NCBI GenBank assembly: GCA_964057225.1
Contig: OZ059900.1
Span: forward strand, 2,170,001 to 2,234,000
Origin: Auanema rhodensis
Taxonomy: Eukaryota > Animalia > Nematoda
DNA: 64,000 nucleotides
Reading direction: 5' to 3'
The translations under genes and the position numbers were made by a program. Shown here in pieces: positions 24,901-38,700 of this stretch. Every line of letters begins with the position of its first letter. Within the stretch, counting starts at the first letter, position 1. The notes below the pieces were generated by a model. The model saw only the letters and a list, made by a program, of their open reading frames with translations. It was not told the origin of the DNA and made no database searches.

Positions 24901-26766
24901 ATATAAGATCAAAAGCATAGTTTTATTGTCTATAACAACGAAAGTCATCAATTAAACGCTAGTGATATTTAAATACTGATTTTCGCTCAAGTAGCATTAC
25001 TACACTAAGTATGGTCGTTTTTATGCCTTTAACACCATATACTCACCGATTTTTGGTACAAAATCTGTAATACTTGTAAATTTTGATCATATTCGTTAAG
25101 ATTTGAGAATCGAACATACAATACACAAAATCAGTCTATTTTTATGAGCTTGCACTGATATATATTCATTTTGATCAAAAAAGGTCGAAAATAGAAAGAA
25201 TTTTTGAAATTTCCGAGTTTTGAGTCTAATTTGGCTAAATCGCTCATATATATGATCAGAAGCATAGTTTTAATGTCTATGACAACAAAAATCATCAATT
25301 AAACGCTAGTGATGTTTAAATACTGATTTTCGCTCAAATAGCATTACTACACTAAGTATGGTCGTTTTTATGCCTTTAACACCATATACTCACCGATTTT
25401 TGGTACAAAATCTGTAATACTCGTAAAATTTGATCATATTTGTTAAGATTTGAGAATCAAACACACAATACACAAAATCAGTCTATTTTTATGAGTTTAC
25501 ACTGATATATATTCATTTTCATCAAAAAAGGTCGAAAATAGAAAGAATTTTTGAATTTTCCGAGTTTTGAGTCGAATTGGGCTAAATCGCTCATATATAT
25601 GATCAAAAGCATAGTTTTACTGTCTATGATAACAAAAGTCTTCAAATATACACTAATAATGATTAAATCACTGAATTTCACTCAAATAGCATTACTACAC
25701 TAAGTATGGTCGTTTTTATGCCTTTAACACCATATACTCACCGATTTTTGGTACAAAATCTGTAATACTTGTAAATTTTGATCATATTTGTTAAGATTCG
25801 AGAATCAAACACATAATACACAAAATAAGTCTATTTTTACAAGTTTGCACTGATATTTATTCATTTTGATCAAAAAAGGTCGAAAATAGAAAGAATTTTT
25901 GAAATTTCCGAGTTTTGAGTCCAATTTGGCTAAATCGCTCATATATATGATCAAAAGCATAGTTTTATTGTCTATAACAACAAAAGTCATCAATTAAACG
26001 CTAGTGATGTTTAAATACTGAATTTCGCTCAAATAGCATTACTACACTAAGTATGGTCGTTTTTATGCCTTTAACACCATATACTCACCGATTTTTGGTA
26101 CAAAATCTGTAATACTCGTAAATTTTGATCATATTCGTTAAGATTTGAGAATCAAACATACAATACACAAAATCAGTCTATTTTTATGAGCTTGCACTGA
26201 TATATATTCATTTTGATCAAAAAAGGTCGAAAATAGAAAGAATTTTTGAAATTTCCGAGTTTTGAGTCTAATTTGGCTAAATCGCTCATATATATGATCA
26301 AAAGCATAGTTTTATTGTCTATGATAACAAAAGTCTTCAAATATACACTAATAATGTGTAAATCACTGAATTTCACTCAAATAGCTTTACTACACTAAGT
26401 ATGGTCGTTTTTATGCCTTTAACACCATATACTCACCGATTTTTGGTACAAAATCTGTAATACTCGTAAATTTCGATCATATTCGTTAAGATTCGAGAAT
26501 CAAACACACAATACACGAAATAATTTTATTTTTACGAGTTTGCACTGATATTTATTCATTTTGATCAAAAAAGGTCGAAAATAGAAAGAATTTTTGAATT
26601 TTCCGAGTTTTGAGTCCAATTGGGCTAAATCGCTCATATATATGATCAAAAGCATAGTTTCACTGTCTATGATAACAAAAGTCTTCAAATATACACTAGT
26701 AATGATGAAATCACTGAATTTCACTCAAATAGCATTACTACACTAAGTATGGTCGTTTTTATGCCT

Positions 26767-29700
26767 TTAACACCATATACTCACCGATTTTTGGTACAAA
26801 ATCTGTAATACTTGTAAATTTTGATCATATTTGTTAAGATTCGAGAATCAAACACATAATACACGAAATAAGTCTATTTTTACAAGTTTGCACTGATATT
26901 TATTCATTTTGATCAAAAAAGGTCGAAAATAGAAAGAATTTTTGAAATTTCCGAGTTTTGAGTCCAATTTGGCTAAATCGCTCATATATATGATCAAAAG
27001 CATAGTGTTATTGTCTATAACAACAAAAGTCATCAATTAAACGCTAGTGATGTTTAAATACTGAATTTCGCTCAAATAGCATTACTACACTAAGTATGGT
27101 CGTTTTTATGCCTTTAACACCATATACTCACCGATTTTTGGTACAAAATCTGTAATACTCGTAAATTTTGATCATATTCGTTAAGATTTGAGAATCAAAC
27201 ATACAATACACAAAATCAGTCTATTTTTATGAGCTTGCACTGATATATATTCATTTTGATCAAAAAAGGTCGAAAATAGAAAGAATTTTTGAAATTTCCG
27301 AGTTTTGAGTCTAATTTGGCTAAATCGCTCATATATATGATCAAAAGCATAGTTTTATTGTCTATGACAACAAAAGTCATCAATTAAATGCTAGTGATGT
27401 TTAAATACTGAATTTCGCTCAAATAGTATTACTACACTAAGTATGGTCGTTTTTATGCCTTTAACACCATATACTCACCGATTTTTGGTACAAAATCTGT
27501 AATACTCGTAAATTTTGATCATATCCGGTGAGATTCGAGAATCAAACACACAATACACGAAATAAGTTTATTTTGACGAGTTTGCACTGGTATTTATTCA
27601 TTTTGATCAAAAAAGGTCGAAAATAGAAAGAATTTTTGAATTTTCCGAGTTTTGAGTCCAATTGGGCTAAATCGCTCATATATATGATCAAAAGCATAGT
27701 TTTACTGTCTATGATAACAAAAGTCTTCAAATATACACTAATAATGTGTAAATCACTGAATTTCACTCAAATAGCTTTACTACACTAAGTATGGTCGTTT
27801 TTATGCCTTTAACACCATATACTCACCGATTTTTGGTACAAAATCTGTAATACTCGTAAATTTCGATCATTTTCGTTAAGATTCGAGAATCAAACACACA
27901 ATACACGAAATAAGTTTATTTTTACGAGTTTGCACTGATATTTATTCATTTTGATCAAAAAAGGTCGAAAATAGAAAGAATTTTTGAATTTTCCGAGTTT
28001 TGAGTCCAATTGGGCTAAATCGCTCATATATATGATCAAAAGCATAGTTTCACTGTCTATGATAACAAAAGTCTTCAAATATACACTAGTAATGATTAAA
28101 TCACTGAATTTCACTCAAATAGCATTACTACACTAAGTATGGTCGTTTTTATGCCTTTAACACCATATACTCACCGATTTTTGGTACAAAATCTGTAATA
28201 CTTGTAAATTTTGATCATATTTGTTAAGATTCGAGAATCAAACACATAATACACGAAATAAGTCTATTTTTACAAGTTTGCACTGATATTTATTCATTTT
28301 GATCAAAAAAAGGTCGAAAATAGAAAAATTTTTTGAAATTTCCGAGTTTTGAGTCCAATTTGGCTAAATCGCTCATATATAAGATCAAAAGCATAGTTTT
28401 ATTGTCTATAACAACAAAAGTCATCAATTAAACGCTAGTGATATTTAAATACTGATTTTCGCTCAAGTAGCATTACTACACTAAGTATGGTCGTTTTTAT
28501 GCCTTTAACACCATATACTCACCGATTTTTGGTACAAAATCTGTAATACTTGTAAATTTTGATCATATTCGTTAAGATTTGAGAATCGAACATACAATAC
28601 ACAAAATCAGTCTATTTTTATGAGCTTGCACTGATATATATTCATTTTGATCAAAAAAGGTCGAAAATAGAAAGAATTTTTGAAATTTCCGAGTTTTGAG
28701 TCTAATTTGGCTAAATCGCTCATATATATGATCAGAAGCATAGTTTTAATGTCTATGACAACAAAAATCATCAATTAAACGCTAGTGATGTTTAAATACT
28801 GATTTTCGCTCAAATAGCATTACTACACTAAGTATGGTCGTTTTTATGCCTTTAACACCATATACTCACCGATTTTTGGTACAAAATCTGTAATACTCGT
28901 AAAATTTGATCATATTTGTTAAGATTTGAGAATCAAACACACAATACACGAAATAAGTTTATTTTGACGAGTTTGCACTGGTATTTATTCATTTTGATCA
29001 AAAAAGGTCGAAAATAGAAAGAATTTTTGAATTTTCCGAGTTTTGAGTCCAATTGGGCTAAATCGCTCATATATATGATCAAAAGCATAGTTTTACTGTC
29101 TATGATAACAAAAGTCATCAATTAAACGCTAGTGATGTTTAAATACTGAATTTCGCTCAAATAGCATTACTACACTAAGTATGGTCGTTTTTATGCCTTT
29201 AACACCATATACTCACCGATTTTTGGTACAAAATCTGTAATACTCGTAAATTTTGATCATATTCGTTAAGATTTGAGAATCAAACATACAATACACAAAA
29301 TCAGTCTATTTTTATGAGCTTGCACTGATATATATTCATTTTGATCAAAAAAGGTCGAAAATAGAAAGAATTTTTGAAATTTCCGAGTTTTGAGTCTAAT
29401 TTGGCTAAATCGCTCATATATATGATCAAAAGCATAGTTTTATTGTCTATGACAACAAAAGTCATCAATTAAATGCTAGTGATGTTTAAATACTGAATTT
29501 CGCTCAAATAGCATTACTACACTAAGTATGGTCGTTTTTATGCCTTTAACACCATATACTCACCGATTTTTGGTACAAAATCTGTAATACTCGTAAATTT
29601 TGATCATATTCGGTGAGATTCGAGAATCAAACACACAATACACGAAATAAGTTTATTTTGACGAGTTTGCACTGGTATTTATTCATTTTGATCAAAAAAG

Positions 29701-32700
29701 GTCGAAAATAGAAAGAATTTTTGAATTTTCCGAGTTTTGAGTCCAATTGGGCTAAATCGCTAATATATATGATCAAAAGCATAGTTTTACTGTCTATGAT
29801 AACAAAAGTCTTCAAATATACACTAATAATGTGTAAATCACTGAATTTCACTCAAATAGCTTTACTACACTAAGTATGGTCGTTTTTATGCCTTTAACAC
29901 CATATACTCACCGATTTTTGGTACAAAATCTGTAATACTCGTAAATTTCGATCATATTCGTTAAGATTCGAGAATCAAACACACAATACACGAAATAAGT
30001 TTATTTTTACGAGTTTGCACTGATATTTATTCATTTTGATCAAAAAAGGTCGAAAATAGAAAGAATTTTTGAATTTTCCGAGTTTTGAGTCCAATTGGGC
30101 TAAATCGCTCATATATATGATCAAAAGCATAGTTTCACTGTCTATGATAACAAAAGTCTTCAAATATACACTAATAATGATTAAATCACTGAATTTCACT
30201 CAAATAGCATTACTACACTAAGTATGGTCGTTTTTATGCCTTTAACACCATATACTCACCGATTTTTGGTACAAAATCTGTAATACTTGTAAATTTTGAT
30301 CATATTTGTTAAGATTCGAGAATCAAACACATAATACACAAAATAAGTCTATTTTTACAAGTTTGCACTGATATTTATTCATTTTGATCAAAAAAGGTCG
30401 AAAATAGAAAGAATTTTTGAAATTTCCGAGTTTTGAGTCCAATTTGGCTAAATCGCTCATATATATGATCAAAAGCATAGTTTTATTGTCTATAACAACA
30501 AAAGTCATCAATTAAACGCTAGTGATGTTTAAATACTGAATTTCGCTCAAATAGCATTACTACACTAAGTATGGTCGTTTTTATGCCTTTAACACCATAT
30601 ACTCACCGATTTTTGGTACAAAATCTGTAATACTCGTAAATTTTGATCATATTCGTGAAGATTTGAGAATCAAACATACAATACACAAAATCAGTCTATT
30701 TTTATGAGCTTGCACTGATATATATTCATTTTGATCAAAAAAGGTCGAAAATAGAAAGAATTTTTGAAATTTCCGAGTTTTGAGTCTAATTTGGCTAAAT
30801 CGCTCATATATATGATCAAAAGCATAGTTTTATTGTCTATGACAACAAAAGTCATCAATTAAATGCTAGTGATGTTTAAATACTGAATTTCGCTCAAATA
30901 GCATTACTACACTAAGTATGGTCGTTTTTATGCCTTTAACACCATATACTCACCGATTTTTGGTACAAAATCTGTAATACTCGTAAATTTTGATCATATT
31001 CGGTGAGATTCGAGAATCAAACACACAATACACGAAATAAGTTTATTTTGACGAGTTTGCACTGGTATTTATTCATTTTGATCAAAAAAGGTCGAAAATA
31101 GAAAGAATTTTTGAATTTTCCGAGTTTTGAGTCCAATTGGGCTAAATCGCTCATATATATGATCAAAAGCATAGTTTTACTGTCTATGATAACAAAAGTC
31201 TTCAAATATACACTAATAATGTGTAAATCACTGAATTTCACTCAAATAGCTTTACTACACTAAGTATGGTCGTTTTTATGCCTTTAACACCATATACTCA
31301 CCGATTTTTGGTACAAAATCTGTAATACTCGTAAATTTCGATCATATTCGTTAAGATTCGAGAATCAAACACACAATACACGAAATAAGTTTATTTTTAC
31401 GAGTTTGCACTGATATTTATTCATTTTGATCAAAAAAGGTCGAAAATAGAAAGAATTTTTGAATTTTCCGAGTTTTGAGTCCAATTGGGCTAAATCGCTC
31501 ATATATATGATCAAAAGCATAGTTTCACTGTCTATGATAACAAAAGTCTTCAAATATACACTAGTAATGATGAAATCACTGAATTTCACTCAAATAGCAT
31601 TACTACACTAAGTATGGTCGTTTTTATGCCTTTAACACCATATACTCACCGATTTTTGGTACAAAATCTGTAATACTTGTAAATTTTGATCATATTTGTT
31701 AAGATTCGAGAATCAAACACATAATACACGAAATAAGTCTATTTTTACAAGTTTGCACTGATATTTATTCATTTTGATCAAAAAAGGTCGAAAATAGAAA
31801 GAATTTTTGAAATTTCCGAGTTTTGAGTCCAATTTGGCTAAATCGCTCATATATATGATCAAAAGCATAGTGTTATTGTCTATAACAACAAAAATCATCA
31901 ATTAAACGCTAGTGATGTTTAAATACTGATTTTCGCTCAAATAGCATTACTACACTAAGTATGGTCGTTTTTATGCCTTTAACACCATATACTCACCGAT
32001 TTTTGGTACAAAATCTGTAATACTCGTAAAATTTGATCATATTTGTTAAGATTTGAGAATCAAACACACAATACACGAAATAAGTTTATTTTGACGAGTT
32101 TGCACTGGTATTTATTCATTTTGATCAAAAAAGGTCGAAAATAGAAAGAATTTTTGAATTTTCCGAGTTTTGAGTCCAATTGGGCTAAATCGCTCATATA
32201 TATGATCAAAAGCATAGTTTCACTGTCTATGATAACAAAAGTCATCAATTAAACGCTAGTGATGTTTAAATACTGAATTTCGCTCAAATAGCATTACTAC
32301 ACTAAGTATGGTCGTTTTTATGCCTTTAACACCATATACTCACCGATTTTTGGTACAAAATCTGTAATACTCGTAAATTTTGATCATATTCGTTAAGATT
32401 TGAGAATCAAACATACAATACACAAAATCAGTCTATTTTTATGAGCTTGCACTGATATATATTCATTTTGATCAAAAAAGGTCGAAAATAGAAAGAATTT
32501 TTGAAATTTCCGAGTTTTGAGTCTAATTTGGCTAAATCGCTCATATATATGATCAAAAGCATAGTTTTATTGTCTATGACAACAAAAGTCATCAATTAAA
32601 TGCTAGTGATGTTTAAATACTGAATTTCGCTCAAATAGCATTACTACACTAAGTATGGTCGTTTTTATGCCTTTAACACCATATACTCACCGATTTTTGG

Positions 32701-35700
32701 TACAAAATCTGTAATACTCGTAAATTTTGATCATATTCGGTGAGATTCGAGAATCAAACACACAATACACGAAATAAGTTTATTTTGACGAGTTTGCACT
32801 GGTATTTATTCATTTTGATCAAAAAAGGTCGAAAATAGAAAGAATTTTTGAATTTTCCGAGTTTTGAGTCCAATTGGGCTAAATCGCTAATATATATGAT
32901 CAAAAGCATAGTTTTACTGTCTATGATAACAAAAGTCTTCAAATATACACTAATAATGTGTAAATCACTGAATTTCACTCAAATAGCTTTACTACACTAA
33001 GTATGGTCGTTTTTATGCCTTTAACACCATATACTCACCGATTTTTGGTACAAAATCTGTAATACTCGTAAATTTCGATCATATTCGTTAAGATTCGAGA
33101 ATCAAACACACAATACACGAAATAAGTTTATTTTTACGAGTTTGCACTGATATTTATTCATTTTGATCAAAAAAGGTCGAAAATAGAAAGAATTTTTGAA
33201 TTTTCCGAGTTTTGAGTCCAATTGGGCTAAATCGCTCATATATATGATCAAAAGCATAGTTTCACTGTCTATGATAACAAAAGTCTTCAAATATACACTA
33301 ATAATGATTAAATCACTGAATTTCACTCAAATAGCATTACTACACTAAGTATGGTCGTTTTTATGCCTTTAACACCATATACTCACCGATTTTTGGTACA
33401 AAATCTGTAATACTTGTAAATTTTGATCATATTTGTTAAGATTCGAGAATCAAACACATAATACACAAAATAAGTCTATTTTTACAAGTTTGCACTGATA
33501 TTTATTCATTTTGATCAAAAAAGGTCGAAAATAGAAAGAATTTTTGAAATTTCCGAGTTTTGAGTCCAATTTGGCTAAATCGCTCATATATATGATCAAA
33601 AGCATAGTTTTATTGTCTATAACAACAAAAGTCATCAATTAAACGCTAGTGATGTTTAAATACTGAATTTCGCTCAAATAGCATTACTACACTAAGTATG
33701 GTCGTTTTTATGCCTTTAACACCATATACTCACCGATTTTTGGTACAAAATCTGTAATACTCGTAAATTTTGATCATATTCGTTAAGATTTGAGAATCAA
33801 ACATACAATACACAAAATCAGTCTATTTTTATGAGCTTGCACTGATATATATTCATTTTGATCAAAAAAGGTCGAAAATAGAAAGAATTTTTGAAATTTC
33901 CGAGTTTTGAGTCTAATTTGGCTAAATCGCTCATATATATGATCAAAAGCATAGTTTTATTGTCTATGACAACAAAAGTCATCAATTAAATGCTAGTGAT
34001 GTTTAAATACTGAATTTCGCTCAAATAGCATTACTACACTAAGTATGGTCGTTTTTATGCCTTTAACACCATATACTCACCGATTTTTGGTACAAAATCT
34101 GTAATACTCGTAAATTTTGATCATATTCGGTGAGATTCGAGAATCAAACACACAATACACGAAATAAGTTTATTTTGACGAGTTTGCACTGGTATTTATT
34201 CATTTTGATCAAAAAAGGTCGAAAATAGAAAGAATTTTTGAATTTTCCGAGTTTTGAGTCCAATTGGGCTAAATCGCTCATATATATGATCAAAAGCATA
34301 GTTTTACTGTCTATGATAACAAAAGTCTTCAAATATACACTAATAATGTGTAAATCACTGAATTTCACTCAAATAGCTTTACTACACTAAGTATGGTCGT
34401 TTTTATGCCTTTAACACCATATACTCACCGATTTTTGGTACAAAATCTGTAATACTCGTAAATTTCGATCATATTCGTTAAGATTCGAGAATCAAACACA
34501 CAATACACGAAATAAGTTTATTTTTACGAGTTTGCACTGATATTTATTCATTTTGATCAAAAAAGGTCGAAAATAGAAAGAATTTTTGAATTTTCCGAGT
34601 TTTGAGTCCAATTGGGCTAAATCGCTCATATATATGATCAAAAGCATAGTTTCACTGTCTATGATAACAAAAGTCTTCAAATATACACTAGTAATGATGA
34701 AATCACTGAATTTCACTCAAATAGCATTACTACACTAAGTATGGTCGTTTTTATGCCTTTAACACCATATACTCACCGATTTTTGGTACAAAATCTGTAA
34801 TACTTGTAAATTTTGATCATATTTGTTAAGATTCGAGAATCAAACACATAATACACGAAATAAGTCTATTTTTACAAGTTTGCACTGATATTTATTCATT
34901 TTGATCAAAAAAGGTCGAAAATAGAAAGAATTTTTGAAATTTCCGAGTTTTGAGTCCAATTTGGCTAAATCGCTCATATATATGATCAAAAGCATAGTGT
35001 TATTGTCTATAACAACAAAAGTCATCAATTAAACGCTAGTGATGTTTAAATACTGAATTTCGCTCAAATAGCATTACTACACTAAGTATGGTCGTTTTTA
35101 TGCCTTTAACACCATATACTCACCGATTTTTGGTACAAAATCTGTAATACTCGTAAATTTTGATCATATTCGTTAAGATTTGAGAATCAAACATACAATA
35201 CACAAAATCAGTCTATTTTTATGAGCTTGCACTGATATATATTCATTTTGATCAAAAAAGGTCGAAAATAGAAAGAATTTTTGAAATTTCCGAGTTTTGA
35301 GTCTAATTTGGCTAAATCGCTCATATATATGATCAAAAGCATAGTTTTATTGTCTATGACAACAAAAGTCATCAATTAAATGCTAGTGATGTTTAAATAC
35401 TGAATTTCGCTCAAATAGCATTACTACACTAAGTATGGTCGTTTTTATGCCTTTAACACCATATACTCACCGATTTTTGGTACAAAATCTGTAATACTCG
35501 TAAATTTTGATCATATCCGGTGAGATTCGAGAATCAAACACACAATACACGAAATAAGTTTATTTTGACGAGTTTGCACTGGTATTTATTCATTTTGATC
35601 AAAAAAGGTCGAAAATAGAAAGAATTTTTGAATTTTCCGAGTTTTGAGTCCAATTGGGCTAAATCGCTCATATATATGATCAAAAGCATAGTTTTACTGT

Positions 35701-38700
35701 CTATGATAACAAAAGTCTTCAAATATACACTAATAATGTGTAAATCACTGAATTTCACTCAAATAGCTTTACTACACTAAGTATGGTCGTTTTTATGCCT
35801 TTAACACCATATACTCACCGATTTTTGGTACAAAATCTGTAATACTCGTAAATTTCGATCATATTCGTTAAGATTCGAGAATCAAACACACAATACACGA
35901 AATAAGTTTATTTTTACGAGTTTGCACTGATATTTATTCATTTTGATCAAAAAAGGTCGAAAATAGAAAGAATTTTTGAATTTTCCGAGTTTTGAGTCCA
36001 ATTGGGCTAAATCGCTCATATATATGATCAAAAGCATAGTTTCACTGTCTATGATAACAAAAGTCTTCAAATATACACTAGTAATGATTAAATCACTGAA
36101 TTTCACTCAAATAGCATTACTACACTAAGTATGGTCGTTTTTATGCCTTTAACACCATATACTCACCGATTTTTGGTACAAAATCTGTAATACTTGTAAA
36201 TTTTGATCATATTTGTTAAGATTCGAGAATCAAACACATAATACACGAAATAAGTCTATTTTTACAAGTTTGCACTGATATTTATTCATTTTTATCAAAA
36301 AAAGGTCGAAAATAGAAAAATTTTTTGAAATTTCCGAGTTTTGAGTCCAATTTGGCTAAATCGCTCATATATAAGATCAAAAGCATAGTTTTATTGTCTA
36401 TAACAACAAAAGTCATCAATTAAACGCTAGTGATATTTAAATACTGATTTTCGCTCAAGTAGCATTACTACACTAAGTATGGTCGTTTTTATGCCTTTAA
36501 CACCATATACTCACCGATTTTTGGTACAAAATCTGTAATACTTGTAAATTTTGATCATATTCGTTAAGATTTGAGAATCGAACATACAATACACAAAATC
36601 AGTCTATTTTTATGAGCTTGCACTGATATATATTCATTTTGATCAAAAAAGGTCGAAAATAGAAAGAATTTTTGAAATTTCCGAGTTTTGAGTCTAATTT
36701 GGCTAAATCGCTCATATATATGATCAGAAGCATAGTTTTAATGTCTATGACAACAAAAATCATCAATTAAACGCTAGTGATGTTTAAATACTGATTTTCG
36801 CTCAAATAGCATTACTACACTAAGTATGGTCGTTTTTATGCCTTTAACACCATATACTCACCGATTTTTGGTACAAAATCTGTAATACTCGTAAAATTTG
36901 ATCATATTTGTTAAGATTTGAGAATCAAACACACAATACACGAAATAAGTTTATTTTGACGAGTTTGCACTGGTATTTATTCATTTTGATCAAAAAAGGT
37001 CGAAAATAGAAAGAATTTTTGAATTTTCCGAGTTTTGAGTCCAATTGGGCTAAATCGCTCATATATATGATCAAAAGCATAGTTTTACTGTCTATGATAA
37101 CAAAAGTCATCAATTAAACGCTAGTGATGTTTAAATACTGAATTTCGCTCAAATAGCATTACTACACTAAGTATGGTCGTTTTTATGCCTTTAACACCAT
37201 ATACTCACCGATTTTTGGTACAAAATCTGTAATACTCGTAAATTTTGATCATATTTGTTAAGATTTGAGAATCAAACATACAATACACAAAATCAGTCTA
37301 TTTTTATGAGCTTGCACTGATATATATTCATTTTGATCAAAAAAGGTCGAAAATAGAAAGAATTTTTGAAATTTCCGAGTTTTGAGTCTAATTTGGCTAA
37401 ATCGCTCATATATATGATCAAAAGCATAGTTTTATTGTCTATGACAACAAAAGTCATCAATTAAATGCTAGTGATGTTTAAATACTGAATTTCGCTCAAA
37501 TAGCATTACTACACTAAGTATGGTCGTTTTTATGCCTTTAACACCATATACTCACCGATTTTTGGTACAAAATCTGTAATACTCGTAAATTTTGATCATA
37601 TTCGGTGAGATTCGAGAATCAAACACACAATACACGAAATAAGTTTATTTTGACGAGTTTGCACTGGTATTTATTCATTTTGATCAAAAAAGGTCGAAAA
37701 TAGAAAGAATTTTTGAATTTTCCGAGTTTTGAGTCCAATTGGGCTAAATCGCTAATATATATGATCAAAAGCATAGTCTTACTGTCTATGATAACAAAAA
37801 TCTTCAAATATACACTAATAATGTGTAAATCACTGAATTTCACTCAAATAGCTTTACTACACTAAGTATGGTCGTTTTTATGCCTTTAACACCATATACT
37901 CACCGATTTTTGGTACAAAATCTGTGATACTCGTAAATTTTGATCATATTTGTTAAGATTCGAGAATCAAACACATAATACACAAAATAAGTCTATTTTT
38001 ACAAGTTTGCACTGATATTTATTCATTTTGATCAAAAAAGGTCGAAAATAGAAAGAATTTTTGAAATTTCCGAGTTTTGAGTCCAATTTGGCTAAATCGC
38101 TCATATATATGATCAAAAGCATAGTTTTATTGTCTATAACAACAAAAGTCATCAATTAAACGCTAGTGATGTTTAAATACTGAATTTCGCTCAAATAGCA
38201 TTACTACACTAAGTATGGTCGTTTTTATGCCTTTAACACCATATACTCACCGATTTTTGGTACAAAATCTGTAATACTCGTAAATTTTGATCATATTCGT
38301 TAAGATTTGAGAATCAAACATACAATACACAAAATCAGTCTATTTTTATGAGCTTGCACTGATATATATTCATTTTGATCAAAAAAGGTCGAAAATAGAA
38401 AGAATTTTTGAAATTTCCGAGTTTTGAGTCTAATTTGGCTAAATCGCTCATATATATGATCAAAAACATAGTTTTATTGTCTATGACAACAAAAGTCATC
38501 AATTAAATGCTAGTGATGTTGAAATACTGAATTTCGCTCAAATAGCATTACTACACTAAGTATGGTCGTTTTTATGCCTTTAACACCATATACTCACCGA
38601 TTTTTGGTACAAAATCTGTAATACTCGTAAATTTTGATCATATTCGGTGAGATTCGAGAATCAAACACACAATACACGAAATAAGTTTATTTTGACGAGT

